Positions 1 to 15,044 are shown, counted from the stretch's first letter. The stretch is DNA of 64,000 nucleotides from Octopus vulgaris (GCA_951406725.2 OX597818.1:32054001-32118000), one strand, 5' to 3'. Made by a program: numbers and translations. The notes: generated from the sequence alone by a model not told the origin.

Positions 1-422
1 CTTCGAACCCTTTATGGTGTGACAGGTATATACGACTTCAACATGTAAAGGATGTAAAATAAAACTAGCATTGGCAAGATATGAATTCAGAAAGCAAAGG
101 AGTATCAAGAACAATCCCTTCAATTCGCTGCTCATTTTTCTGTTTAAGTAATAATAATAGTTTCTAAGACGGTGAAACCTTTTATAAGTTTGAAATCGAT
201 CGGTCGATTAAATCGAATTCAGTATTTCATTGGTATACATTTTATCGCTGCGCGGAGAAATGAAAGGCAAAAATCAACACCGAAGAGATATAAACATTTG
301 TATCTTTGGCGTTGAGGCATTCATTATGACCATATATTTTTCATATCTGAAAACCCAAACTTTTATCATTGATTGTTAAATATTCTTGGCAAAAATGTTT
401 CTTATTTTCTTTAGAGGTTACA

Positions 423-924
<502 letters not shown>

Positions 925-1072
925 TAGTATTTTGTAGATTTTATGTTTAACCGAAATGTTTCTATTTCACAGAGCAAAAAAGGAAATATATATAAGCAAA
1001 GCTTCTAGTTTATATTGATATGGCAAAAGCAATCTAAATTAAAATCTTACAACTTCAGTACAAATTTTACTC

Positions 1073-1590
1073 AGGATGAAAGACAAAGTCGACCTCGGAG
1101 GGATTTGAACTTAGAACATAAACACGGACAAAATTTTTTCGCTGTGATAACGCTTCTGCCAACACATCACCTTCATAATAATATGGATCTCAAAATTTGG
1201 CTCAAGGCCAGCAATTGTCAGGGGAGCGGTTAAGTCGATAACATTGACCGCAGGATTCAACTGGTACTTATTTTATCGACCCTCAAAGGATCAAAGGCAA
1301 ATTCGATCCTACGGAATTTGAACTCAGACGCTAAGAATTTGTACTTAGAACTTAACGCTAGAGGAAATGCCACATTTTGCCGCCTTCAGTAATAGTAATA
1401 ATAATGGTTTCAAATTTTGGCACAAGACCAGTAATTTGGGGGCAAGGGATAAGTCGATTATATTGACCTAGTATCGACCCCGAAAGGATAAAAAGCAAAG
1501 TCGACCTCGGTGGAAATTGAACTTAGAATATATAGACAGACGAGCGGCCGCTAAACATTTTTCCCGGTGTGGTAACGATCCTCCAGTTAG
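1073..1590 (-). mobile_element. Three tandem same-orientation copies or fragments of tRNA-derived SINE family B
   Basis: Repeated ggatgaaag(g/a)caaagtcgacctcgg..gaatttgaact motif near 1075, 1290 and 1487. Tails caaaatttggc(t/a)caag at about 1190 and 1410. Confidence 0.8.
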
Positions 1591-1955
1591 TAGCAGAAAT
1601 GGGTAGAGAAATATATGTGACTGAGCAGAGATTAGTAGATCAAGCTAATGCTATGAGAAGAAAGCGGATGACAGAATTGGAGATATAAGAGATCACAAGG
1701 GAACTGGAAAAGAAAGACTAGGCACTAGGAAAGACACACACAGTATCAGGGCTATCAAGAGTAATATGAAGGAAATTGGAATAGATTGCTCAGTAGAACT
1801 GTTACAAGAGTTTTACCTCCTCGACACGGCCAGAATAATCAGGAAAGTATTAGATAGATGAAAAGAACGAATAGCATGGCACCGCAGGCTGCAGGTAGTA
1901 AGCCCGATACGCATGCAAGACTCATGGAGCTCCAACAAAGCCTGGGATAAATAGA

Positions 1956-1956
<1 letters not shown>
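1590..1956 (+). mobile_element. Internally deleted RLE-type (R4/Dong-like) LINE
   Basis: N-terminal-like peptide VTEQRLVDQANAMRRKRMTELEI is joined to C-terminal MKEIGIDCSVELLQEFYLLDTARIIRKVLDR*. A 3' UTR and (TAA)n follow. Confidence 0.7.
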
Positions 1957-1990
<34 letters not shown>

Positions 1991-1992
<2 letters not shown>

Positions 1993-2097
1993 TGATGACC
2001 GTCAGAGCATCACAACAAATCACAGCACATACCCAAGGCACACAGAGCTGCGCTCGGTAGTGAAGTGAAAGCACGCTATAAAAATAAAACTACTGAA
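1991..2097 (+). mobile_element. Short 3' end of a probable (TAA)n-targeting LINE
   Basis: About 105 bp of unique sequence bounded on both sides by (TAA)n, in the same array as the RLE LINEs. No coding motif. Confidence 0.5.
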
Positions 2098-2157
2098 TAA
2101 TAATAATAATAATAATAACAACAACAACAACAACTACTACAACAATAACAATAATAA

Positions 2158-4983
2158 TGATTGAGAATATAGAAGACATCACTGGGGTTATTGAGAAAAA
2201 ATATGGACATGGAAGTAAATGAATTAAAAGAAGTGGAAAGAATTTTGCTCCGGGGTGGACTCGGAAGGTGAATGAAATACTGAAAGAGATTAACACAGAT
2301 AATATAACTGGAACAAATAGGTCGATTTAAGCCTGGATCATCTATATAGGAAAGAATGCAAGCCTCGAACCAAACCGTAAGGGTGGAAAGAGAACTTTGG
2401 TCGAAAAGAATGATAAAGCAATCAATGGATGAGCTACGAAAACCTATCAACATCCTGGAAAGAAAGAAACATGGTGAAATCCGTACGAATGAGAAATACT
2501 AGGAAGTAGAACGTGGGGATCAAGAAAAAAGGGGTTAATGCAGTCCTCGAAGAACTGAAACAGACTGCAAGCTAAACTACAAATACAAAAAAGATATGAT
2601 CAAAGAATTGAACATTATAAAATCAATAGATTGCTTCAATAGCATTAGAAAAGGTTTTGTCAGCAGCTGAACGCAAATGCTGATGTCAGTGAGAAACTGG
2701 ACATTGAAGAAAGTAGGAGGTCTTGGAGTAACATCTGGGATAATGGAAGAAAGCATATGAAAAATGATGAATAGTTGAAGGAATTAAGATAAGAGAAAAA
2801 TGAAGTGAAGCAGAGCAGTATAACAATAACAACTAAAATGGTGACCGAGCAGAAAAAAAGTTCCAAACTAGGAGATGTCCCATGGGTAAAGGGGGCCCGT
2901 TGAAATATTTCCCTGCATTACACGAAATAATAGCAGAGCATATGGATAAAATAATCAACAACGGGCTGGAAATTCCAGAATGGTTGACCACAGGTAAAAC
3001 GGTTCTTTGCCAAAAGGACCCCAGTAAAGGTAATGCAGTGAATAATTATCGGCCAACTTCCTGCCTGCTCCTGATATGGAAGTTGGTGACAGGAATAATA
3101 TCTAATCGTGTGTATGGCTTCATAGAAATGTATAGCAAACTGCCAGTTGAACAGAATGGTTGTGGGAGGAAAAGCTGAGGGACAAAGGATAACCTTTTGA
3201 TAGAATAATGCCGAAAAATGTAAGAAAAGACTTACTAGTCTGGGTATGGCGTGAATTGATTATAAGAAAGCTTAGTAGATGGTCCCCCATTCCTGGATTT
3301 TAGAAAGTCTTGAGTTGATACAGGTGTCTTAAATTTATTCAGGAATGGAGAACTGGAATACAGAATTAACATCATGTGGAAAATTTTGGGGGATGGTTAA
3401 CATCAAGAAAGGCATATTTCAGGGAGATAGTCTGTCGCCATTGCTGTTTGTGATTTGTATGATACCTCTCACACATATATTACTGAATATGACTTTAGGG
3501 TATATCTTGAAAAATGGACAAAAGTTAAATCGCTCGTTATATATACACGAGTTAAAGATCTTCGTTAAGCGCGAACGTGGAACATAAATGGTCTGGTTTC
3601 AGCAGCGCAGATACTGAGTAGGTATATCGCGATGGAATTTGAATTTATAAGTGTGGTACGCTTATCATAAAAAAGGGTAAAGTAGTGTCACTTAATGGTG
3701 AATAACCACCATACAGCGTATTTTTAAGTATAACAAAATCAAGGCGAATGACAAGGAGGAAAGCTTTAGACAAGAACACCCCAGAACCAAATTAATTATA
3801 GAAAATAGACTCAATTGTAAGAACAAGATCAGGGCAATGAGTACACGGGCCGTTTCCTTAATGTGATACGGTGCGGTTGTTAGGTGGACAAAGAACGGGC
3901 TTAAGGAAATGGATAGAAAAACCAAGAAAGCGATGATAATGAACAAGAAGCTTCACCCTAAAAGCGATATCAATAGACTGTGTGTGCCTAGATATAACGG
4001 AAGAAGCGGTCTCATAGGATGTTAGACCTGTGTTGTCAATAAGGAAAAAGGCAGATTGAACCTTGTTTGTAGCTGTTAGAAATAATACCACGATCCTTAG
4101 TGAAAATGTGACACCCTCACCCCAAATTTAAGAAACAAGATGGAAGACAAAGATTAAAGAACTGGAAAATATAAACGATGTATGGGTAATATCTTTGAGA
4201 AATGGAAGGGAAGACAAAGCCAAGGTCTGGAAGTGGCGAAAGAAAAGTGATCTGGAAGGGTGCACTAAGGTATTGGTTGATATGCAGTACCCAGGAACAA
4301 GCTCTGAGAACTAATTACACCAGGTTTAAAATCGATAAGAGCAGTGACCTGCACCTTTGTAGGATGTGTGACAGCAAATACGAATCAGTCTCACATATTG
4401 TGAGTGAGTGTAGCAAACTGGCTTAAAAAGAATACAAAATGAGGCACGATAACGTCGCTAAGATTGTTCACTGGAGATTGTGTGAGTACGGTCTAGAAAG
4501 AACAATGAAATGGTACGAACATTAACCAGAAGGCGTCACCGAGAATAATTAATATTAGATCTTGTGGGATTTTACAATCCAGTGTGACTCAGTTATTGAT
4601 GCTCGGAGACATGACAAGATAAAAAGAAAACAAAAACAAGATCATAGATATTGTCGTACCTGGGGATGCAAGAGTGGGCGACAAAAGAGATGGAAAATAT
4701 TGAAAAATATAAGCTACTAAAATACGAAATTGCACGAATGTGAGCAATGAAGAGAATAACTGACATCTGAGTAGCTGCAGGGACACTGGAAGCATTGACA
4801 AGGTTTGAGAAATATATCGGAGAATTTTGGAATCGACATGAGGGTAGAACATGCTCAGAAATCTGCTCTTTTGCGGACAACGAGGATTTTGAAATTCGTA
4901 CTTGGGTTTTAAGTATCGTGGGAAGAGACCCTTTGAGACATTTGATAATAGGTTGCTGTCCGCTCTCAGAGAGGTAAAATGGA

Positions 4984-4985
<2 letters not shown>
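2158..4985 (+). mobile_element. Degenerate RLE-type non-LTR retrotransposon (R4/Dong-like); RT, CCHC and RLE pseudogene
   Basis: NNYRPTSCL; KGIFQGDSLSPLLF (RT domain 4); LYIHELK (decayed YMDDLK); QEQALRTNY; CRMC..ESVSHIVSEC (CCHC); RHDNV; LWDFTIQCD. Many stops and frameshifts. Flanked by (TAA)n. Confidence 0.92.
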
Positions 4986-5072
<87 letters not shown>

Positions 5073-5081
5073 TAATAATAA

Positions 5082-5790
5082 GGACCACCTAATCTCTGGA
5101 TGTAAAGTCTTAGCACCAGTGGAGTATAAATTAAGACATGACAGAGTTGGCCAATATCTACACTGGCTAATAAGTCGGCATTACAATATCAAAACTGCCG
5201 ACAAGTGGTATAATCACCACCCTGAAGCTGTAACTGAAGGAGAAAATGTAACAATTCTGTGGGACTTTCCAGTACATACAGACCGAACCATCAAAGCCAA
5301 TAAACCAGATATTGTTGTGAAAGACAAAAACAATAAAGTTTGCTTATTGATCGACATGAGCATCCCCTGTGATCATAGTATCTCGGCGAAAGAGTTTGAC
5401 AAGCTCAGAAAATATAAAGACCTGCTCATTGAAATTGAGAAAATGTGGCATCTCAAGGCGGTTACAATACCAGTGATCGTAGGAGCACTAGGAATGATCA
5501 AGAAGGGAACCGAAAATTATGTGAGAATGATCCCTGGCTTACCATCCCTGCAAGAAGTGCAAAAGATTGTCTTAACTGGTACATCACACGTATTGAGAAG
5601 AGCATTGTCTCTGTGAGAGCTGTTACTGCCCATGTATTTTAATTTAACCTTAAAAAAGAAAAAAAAAATGAACGAACTATTGAGTTTGGTTTAATGACCT
5701 ACCAATGTATACTATGAGTTTCTTTGCCCTAGGAGTCGGGAAGACGCTCGGCAAGAAATGGAAGCAAATTTGAAAGAAGAAGAAAAAAAA
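5082..5790 (+). mobile_element. 5'-truncated RLE-type LINE with an uninterrupted endonuclease frame (5083-5616)
   Basis: DHLISGC...YKLRHDRV...ILWDFPVHTDRTIKANKPDIVV...LIDMSIP...KLRKYKDL...IPVIVGALG...VLRRALSL*. This is a PD-(D/E)xK restriction-like endonuclease. It lies between (TAA)n tracts. Confidence 0.93.
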
Positions 5791-5814
5791 AATAATAATA
5801 ATAACAACAACAAT

Positions 5815-6722
5815 AAATTGAGGAGCGGTGGAGCGAGAAGCCTCTGGATGGACAGTATATACTTCAAAGTCGAAATGCTGATGTAGATGAAGCAACAATC
5901 CATCAGCGGCTGAGAAGTTCTGGATTGAAAGCAGAGACTGAAGGTTTCATATTGGCGGCACAAGATCAAAGCTTGCTCACAGCAAAAACTAACAGGCTAA
6001 CGTTCTTCAAAAAACGGTTCTGACACTAAATGCAGATTCTGCGACACATTTGACTAAACAGTAGACCATCTCGGCTCGGGATGTCTTGTACTGACACCAA
6101 ACGAATACAGAAGTTACCACGATAGGGTAGGAGAGTATTTAAACTGGAAAATATGTAAACACTCCAAAATCATGCTTACTGGTATGAACATCATCCTGAG
6201 CCAGTTGTTGAAGGTAGAAATGTCACTATCCTCTGGGATTTTCCAGTCAACACCGACAAACGATCCAGGCAAATTGACCAGACATAATTATTAAAGAGAG
6301 GGAAGAAAATACTCGTATACTGACAGATGTGAGTGTTTCCACTGATAAAAATATATCTGTAAAGGAATTTGACAAACTGAGTAAATATAAGGACCTGGAA
6401 ACTGAAATACAAAAGATGTGGCATCTTAAAACGAGAACTGTTCCTGTTATTATGGGTGCCCTAGGTATGGTAAAAAATGGGGCGTCAGAAACATCTTGAC
6501 AACATACCAGGAGAACCATGTCTCAGAGAAACCCAAAAGATTGTGCTGACAAGTACTGCCCACATCCATTTAAATGTCTGTGTTGTATTACATGAAGGTA
6601 TTTCGCTACCTCCCCTCCCCAAGCTTTCAGTCATACTATAATTTCTCTTATCCTTCACTAGCCCCAGGACGCTGGGTGTATCTCGGCAAGATACTGTAAG
6701 AAACATGCAGATTAAAAGTAAA
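5815..6722 (+). mobile_element. 5'-truncated degenerate RLE-type LINE
   Basis: SSGLKAETEGFILAAQDQSL, CRFC..VDHLGSGC, ILWDFP, KEFDKLSKYKDLETEIQKMWHLKTRTVPVIMGALG. Followed by (TAA)n. Confidence 0.9.
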
Positions 6723-6734
6723 ATAATAATAATG

Positions 6735-6805
<71 letters not shown>

Positions 6806-6806
6806 T

Positions 6807-6879
<73 letters not shown>

Positions 6880-7100
6880 GCGGTGGTTTTATATTTTGGT
6901 TCAAGTCCAACGATTTCGGGGGAGGGAGTAAGTCCATTATATCTACCCCAGCGTTTCACTGGTACTTAATTTATCGACCCCGAAAGGATGAAAACAAAGT
7001 CGACCACGGCGGAATTTGAACTCAGAACGTAGCAACTGGCGAAATACTTTATAAGCATTTCGTTCATCAGCGTGCTAATGATTCTGCCAGCTCACCGCTT
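6880..7100 (-). mobile_element. SINE family B
   Basis: Full head (aagcggtgagctggcagaatcattagcacg...gagttcaaattcc) and Meta-like domain on the minus strand, embedded in (TAA)n/(TGA)n. Confidence 0.88.
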
Positions 7101-7466
<366 letters not shown>

Positions 7467-7467
<1 letters not shown>

Positions 7468-7670
7468 CCTTTCTACTGGAGGCAGAAATTTGTGGGGTGG
7501 GAACTAGTCGATTATATCGACCCCAGTGTTTCACTGGTACTTAATTTATCGATCCCGAAAGGATGAAAGACAAAGTCGACCTCGCCGGAATTTGAACTCA
7601 GAACGTAGCGACTGGCGAAATAAGCATTTCGTCCAGTAGCGTGCTAATGATTCTGCCAGCTCACCGCTTT
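7467..7670 (-). mobile_element. SINE family B, tail variant ...cagtagaaaggat
   Basis: Homologous to 6880-7100 but with a different 3' end. Confidence 0.88.
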
Positions 7671-7704
7671 AATGATGATGATGATGATGATGATGATGAA
7701 ATAA

Positions 7705-7844
<140 letters not shown>

Positions 7845-8553
7845 GTAATTACCAAATATGGCACCTATCAAATAATTTCCGCAGAATTTCGATATAAGAA
7901 ACACACTTAAATGTATTCACATCACTAGTCAATGCTAAATAACATCTCTATAATGTCAATTCTATCAGATATCTATCTCAGTAAGACATAAACTAAACCA
8001 CGACATACAAGAATACAAGATATCTACCTTCCACGCTGCCCGCTCACATACACAGACACCAACGTCAAACACATAATCAGTATATGTTCCAGATGTATTA
8101 ACTGCAAAAAAAAAAAACGAAAAACAAAAACAAAAGATAAAGCAACATTACTGAAGGTTAGTTTGTTTCTTGTACGTTTTACTGAAGTAAGTAAAAGCCA
8201 TCGCAGTATGACTGCGAACGAAAAAAAAATAGCTTGAGATTGAGATAGAGAGTAGGAGATACAGTACAATACAAGGAGAGGAAATGCGAGAGAATTAGAG
8301 AGAAATAGAGAGGTATAGATTCTTGGAAGATATAGAAATACAAGTTTACTGTAATTTAACAGAATATTTTGACAACTATAATCTAAATGACACAACTGAC
8401 AGACCAGAGGCGTCTTAAACGATAACTAATGCTGCTATTATCTCTTACTAGACAAACAGGCAACGTTGCTTTGAATAGACTACTTTTGATTCTGTTACAC
8501 AAAGTTGTATGATACGCACGCAGACACAAACTTGCTCAAATACATAAACTTGT

Positions 8554-8605
<52 letters not shown>

Positions 8606-8943
8606 GTGTGTGTGTGTGTGTGTGTATATATAAAACTTACTTGGAAGTGGATGCGTGGCGTTCCATCATGTATATATATATATATATAATGTATACGTGT
8701 GTGAGTGTACGCGTTTATATATATATATACATTAATATATAAAGATATAGATATATATATGTCAATATATATCTATATATATACATACTTGCATATATAT
8801 ATGTGTGTGTGTGCATATGTGTATATATGTGTGTGTGGGTGTATATTTAGGAATATATACCTCCAGGCACATACATATATATAATATACATACATGCATA
8901 TACATACATACACATATGTATACATACACATATGTATATATAC

Positions 8944-8994
<51 letters not shown>

Positions 8995-9723
8995 TATATG
9001 TATTTGTGTGTACCACTAAGAAATGTAATAGCTTATTCTCACACCTGCGGTTTGAGAATTCACAGCAACAAATATATAAATGCGCGCGTGTGTGTGCATT
9101 CTAGATATATTTCTCAGTTTTTTTTTTTTTCTGTTCTCTTTCTTACGCGCTTGCATTACTCCTTTGTGTCTTTCGTTTCCTTCTTTCTCTCCTCCTTCCT
9201 TCTGTTCTTCCTTCCTTTCTTTCTTTATTACACCTACATTCTTTCCCACCTATAGATTTGTGTGCATGTATCTGTGAATATACGTTTCTATGTACTCATG
9301 TAGAAATGTATAGACATATATCTATGTGCAAATGCATGTGTTTATAAATCTGTGACATGTTCAGCAACGCACTACAAAGGTGAAATTCAGCCGCATCCAA
9401 AATATGTCCAGTGTTATCAGGGGTCACAATTCTAAATAGACCAATATACAATTGCCGACATATGAAGATCTAATCTCTGGAAAGGATCTATGCCTCAATA
9501 CATGCAAGATAACTTGTATTCGGCTTATAATGAGAAAGCTTTCTTTCATCAACATCTTCTCTCACTACTACTTGACAAGCAGCGCTGCCTTTTCAAATTG
9601 TATTTCGAGATCGGATAATTAGGAAAAGAGCAAAATATATTTTATTAGTGATAGTAAGCGAACCACCAAAGTATCACAGAGGATCGAGATACTGCCGTGT
9701 CTGTTATACAGATAAGCTCCACA

Positions 9724-9995
9724 TATCCTCCCGAAGAACCTAAGAGACATGCATGGGGTGGATGCTGATGTCTTTAAAATAAAACTGGATCTCTTCTTGT
9801 CAGGTGTCCCAGATGAACCAACTTCACGGCAGGAGGTGCAGCTGAGGGCAGCTGCATCGAACTCTCTCATGCACCAAATGGCAATTGCTAAAAAGCATTC
9901 GTGAAGTAAAATCATGTAGCAACACCAAATGGCGGTGCCCCAGCATGGCCACAGCTTGTGAGCTGAAACTAGATAAAAATAAAAATAATAAAAAT
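9724..9995 (+). mobile_element. CR1-like LINE 3' end (ORF2 C-terminus and 3' UTR)
   Basis: Frame 9725-9904 reads ILPKNLRDMHGVDADVFKIKLDLFLSGVPDEPTSRQEVQLRAAASNSLMHQ..*, matching the FK..LD.FL..VPDEP...SNSL pattern of invertebrate CR1-group ends. Tail stem-loop, then (TAAAA)n. Confidence 0.78.
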
Positions 9996-10356
9996 ACTTC
10001 TCACTCCACTGTAGTTCCAGCTGAAATAGACAAATAAAACGAGATTAGTTTCATCCTACCAACATGGGTCGAACTATTTTCTTATCATAAACATGAAGGG
10101 ATCCCCATTAATTTGCAAAGAATAAATAAATAAATAAAAAGGCACGCGGTCACTTTATCACATTCAAAAATGTAGGCGATTTTGGAGTATGTATATACGG
10201 GGCTTCCTGTGACTACAGAGGAATCCAAAAGTCTGGAACTTCTCAGCCTGATATACTCGCTTGCATGTATGCATGTATGTATATAATTGTATATACATAC
10301 GTATATATGTACACGTACACACACGCACACACAGACAAACACACACACATACACAT

Positions 10357-10389
<33 letters not shown>

Positions 10390-10762
10390 TGATAGATAGA
10401 CATACATATATATATACATGTACACACTCACACACACACACACACACATATATATATGTGTGTGTGTGTATGTATATATGTATGTATGTATGTGTGTGTG
10501 TGTGTGTGGACGTCACTAGCTTTGCAAACAAAATGAAATACGAATAAACAGGACAAGTACACACAGAGTAGGTTCCTTTCATCAGTTGTCGGCTGTCTCT
10601 CTACTCCTCATTTCGAGCATTTTACGACAATATGAGTCTTCAAAGACGGTTTCTCCCACAAATTCCAAAATAAAATTTTGGTTTATGGAGGGTTAAATTT
10701 GGGAACAAAAACAGAACAGCGGGGACATATAAGGAAAGGGAGCGAAAACAAACATGGGGGAT

Positions 10763-11060
10763 ATATAGTTGAAATTTTCAGAAAAACAGAAGACGAAGAC
10801 AAGTGTATAAACGTATAAACAACAAACAGGTGTATTAGTTTAAAAGAGAAAGTCTTTTACGCTTCGGGCCTACGCTCTTCAACAGAAACGAACACGAGGA
10901 AATAAACAGAGAGATAATTTTAAAAAAACCTTTTGGAGCTAGCGGTCAATCATGGCGGCTGGCTGGACAAAGGTAGTTAGACAGAAGAGCTAGGAAGAAG
11001 GGGAGATGATAAAGCATTGGTGATCCCAAAACGTAGGTGGGCGTGCGTGTGTATGTGAGA
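10763..11060 (-). mobile_element. PLE terminal-repeat-like non-autonomous fragment with hammerhead-like motif (10854-10889)
   Basis: Minus strand ttt-ctgttga-a-gagc-gtag-gccc-gaag-cgt-a-aaag. Downstream sequence is homologous to 53361-53490; upstream sequence is homologous to 24040-24180. Confidence 0.65.
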
Positions 11061-11147
11061 GTGTGTGCGTGCGTGTGGATAGAGATATATACATTTATAT
11101 GTAAACATCATCATTACGTATGTATGTGTCTATATACAAACACATGC

Positions 11148-11196
<49 letters not shown>

Positions 11197-12114
11197 ACGC
11201 GCACACACATGTTGCAGGTAGCACTAATGAGCAATAGCAAATCGCAAATAAATTGTACCTAAAGTAAAACATGATAGAACTTTAGCAATAGTTATTAATA
11301 ACTCCAACATATTCGTTAACATAAATTACCAACTTAGATTCATTTAAACATTCACAAAGCATATTCATAATTAGAACAATGCCTTTTAAGCAAAGCAACA
11401 CTGACAACAACATTCATTTATTCATAAATCGCAAGGTTTCTATGTTGGTACTAGAATATGTTGCTATAGTATTTTAGTGTCGGCACTTCAGTCACGGTAT
11501 AGATTTACAGTACTTGTAGCTAGTGTCATTAGCTAAAAAGTAATTTGCTTCATTTTGCAGCTATATTGTTTTTTATCACATAGAATTACTGTTGTTCTTG
11601 CTTTTGTTGTCATCATTGCGAAGCGCCAGATAAATTTATGACCTATCTACGTTACCATCGATTAATTTCTCACAATACCTCATGCTTTCGGCAAGATGGT
11701 GGAACAGGGATGCGTAGGTTCACGAGGGAAGCCCTTCATAGTTGTCATTCAACTAGAATTAAAAAGTAAGCAAGTCCCCTTTAAAGTTTTGTACACTGTC
11801 GTAATACGGATGACTATTTGGGATAACTGAATTCTGAACATAACATGCTAGAAAAGAATATGTGTAAGTCACGGCTAAAAGACTAATCAAACGGGGAAAG
11901 GAAGAATTGCAGAAAAGGGACATAGAAATATTGTTACTTGTGACCCCTATTCTCAAATTATAAAGTCATATAATAATTGCTAACATCAGTAAAATTTACA
12001 TTATGAGACACAAGATTAACTTTAAACGTTATGTCAAATTCTATGGTTATTTAAACGTGTACACTGTGAATGAGGAAAGGGCGATATGTGCTTGAAAATA
12101 GTTTTTTCTCCCCA

Positions 12115-13206
12115 TCTATATCTATAAAATTCACTGTGTGCGTGAGTGTGTGTTTCCTCTAGGCACAGCCAAACTGCTGGATCAATCTGTACCAAATTTG
12201 GCATGAAGGTTTTTCATTATCCGGGGAAGGTTCTAGGGATGGGGGTCAAGTTTTGGCTCTTGCCCATATAGGGGGCTGTAGATCCCCACTATACGACCTT
12301 TCCGATTTTTTCAACGATATTATATTGTTTCACTTTTATTCTTTCACTTTTTATAAGACTATAATATTGTTTCACTTTTTTCTTTCACTAATTGTCTCAT
12401 ATTATACTTTCACTTTTGATAAAACTTTCCCAAGATCAGCAAATGCATGCTACAGCATGTCAAAGGGAGCCTCAAGACAAGCGAGACGACACATTCTCAA
12501 GATCAGCAAACACATGCTATAGCATGTCACATGAAGTCTCAGTACAGATGGGAGATGAGACTTTCCCAAAATTTCCAAATGAAACTAATGGCATGCGCTA
12601 CTCAGGTAGTAAGGTAAGATTGTCAGCACTACCAGCTTCTCCACAACCTCTTATAAATCTTCTGAAAGGCACTTCCATCCAGTCAAAAGGTTTTTCTGAA
12701 CAATATCAGCTAATACAATTATGCATTCCAAATGGCATCGTTTGCTGCATCTAAGGAGATAGTTGAACATGGATTTACGCCAACGTTTAAATTTCAAGGG
12801 GAAGTCTGTCATCTCATTGCTTCCCTGTTACCCACAAAATGAACAACTACGCTTCCTCCAAATTTACTTCGAGGACAACAAACTCGAAGGAGGTGTCAAA
12901 ACTTCAGACGATGGGTCGTGTTAGACGCAGCGCCGACTGCTGCAAAGGAGGGTATCTCCACTGACAGCTTTTCGATCCGTTCAAAAATCACATACCCCCC
13001 ACCCCCAATTACCATGACCGGCTAAGGCCTGCAATACTCCCAAAAGAGGCACGACATGGCGCTTAGTCGAATTAGCCCATCATTTACTCCACAAATGTTT
13101 TGTCATCAATACTGCATTTACCCGTATCTCCTGTTCTAGCATAACTGTAATATATATATACAAACTATGACATTTAACCCCGAGCAACGCCGGGTATATC
13201 TGTTAG
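12115..13206 (+). mobile_element. Internally deleted Helitron with a Rep N-terminal remnant (about 12560-12870)
   Basis: 5' a|TCTATAT; 3' hairpin cccgagcaacgccggg then ctgTTAG. Peptides GSKVRLSALPASPQPLINLLKG, FQMASFAASKEIVEHGFTPTFKFQGEVCHLIASLLP and LRFLQIYF resemble Helitron RepHel. Confidence 0.88.
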
Positions 13207-13869
13207 GAGTATATAAAAGCGAGGTACTTGTCTGTGTCTCTTAGGTATTGTGTTCGCTAAAGTCGTTACCGAAAACAATATGTAACAGACAGTCATACAG
13301 TACGATATTCAAATAAAGCACTCCAGCGAACCAGTAATTATATATATATGCACACGTGCACGTATACTTATATACATACATAGATTTATGTACATACGTA
13401 AATACATTCATATATATATATGTAATTATTAGTTCGTTAGCAGTACTTGATTCAGTGTAACATTGTTCGATGTCTGTCTATTACATACTGTGCTGTCTTT
13501 AGATTTCAGACTGACGTAAGCACCTTGCTTTTATATGTCTAGAATACATAGAATATATACAATATGTTAATATATATTATATATCTATATATATGTGCAT
13601 AAATACACACACAGCCACGCATACATATATATATATATTATGAACACGCATATGTGCATACATACATTCACACATACATACATACATACATACATATATA
13701 CATACATACATACGTACGTACGTACATACATACATACATACATACATACATACATACATACGTACATACATACATACATACATACATATATGCATACATA
13801 CATCCATACATACATACATACGTACGTACATACATATATACATACATACATACATACGTACATACATAC

Positions 13870-13900
<31 letters not shown>

Positions 13901-14375
13901 CATACATACATACATACATACATACATACATACATACATAAAGATGTTGCTTATGATAACACTTCAAAAGGCTAAAAACAGTAAAAAGTAACAAACTAGA
14001 TGGGAAATACAGAAACGAAAACGAGGAAAAAGGCAAAATAGAAATATTAAGATAAATAGTTGGACATCTATCAATAACACCTACTATATCGTTTCCAATT
14101 AAGAAGTAAATGAGAGCTATCAACAAGAAATGAAAGCTGGTGTGTTCTTTTAGAAGTTCTCAATATGAAAGTGAAAGTAAACGACGCTATATAGTGTTTT
14201 GTTTAAAGCTATTTAACGCGTACAGTAACTCTGTATTATCAAAAGGTGTGAGACACGTATTAGGAAAATGGTAACAAAAGAATCACTTTAAATCTATTGT
14301 TCTTTTACTTCTAGCTTCTATTTCGTTTTCTTTCTCTCTCTTTCACTATTATTTCGTCTCCCCTTTCACCTTTTC

Positions 14376-14442
<67 letters not shown>

Positions 14443-14539
14443 CTGCATCACTCTACCTATCTCTCTCTTTTTCTCTCTCCCATTCTCTCTCTCTCTATAT
14501 ATATATATAAATATATGTATAAACATATATATGTATACG

Positions 14540-14571
<32 letters not shown>

Positions 14572-14595
14572 TGTATCTATCTATCTATCTATCTA

Positions 14596-14675
<80 letters not shown>

Positions 14676-14691
14676 TATACATATATATACA

Positions 14692-15044
14692 TAGGCGCAG
14701 GAGTAGCTGTGTGATACGAAGCTTGCTTCCCGAACCACATGGTTCCGGATACAGTCCCAATGCGTGGCACCTTGGGCAAGTGTCTTCTACTATAACCTCG
14801 GACCGACCGAAGCCTTGTGAGTGGATTTGGTAGACAGAAAGTCTGTCGCAAATGTGTGTGTGTGTGTTTGTGTATTTGTGCGTCTGTGTTTGGTTCCCGC
14901 ACCATCGCTTGACAACCGATGCTGGCGTGTTTCCCCATAAATTAGCGGTTCGGCAAAAGAGACCGATAGAATATGTACTAGGCTTAGAAAGAATAAGTCT
15001 TGGAGGTTTGTTCGATTAAAGACAGTGCTTCAGCATGGCCGCAG
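14692..15044 (+). mobile_element. SINE family A, tail replaced by a CR1-like 3' end
   Basis: Homology to family A up to cagcatggccgcag. Confidence 0.88.

Noticed and set aside
10590-10655. Minus-strand ttgaaga...ctcgaaa...gta hammerhead-like string
   Set aside because: The core is degenerate and stem III does not pair.
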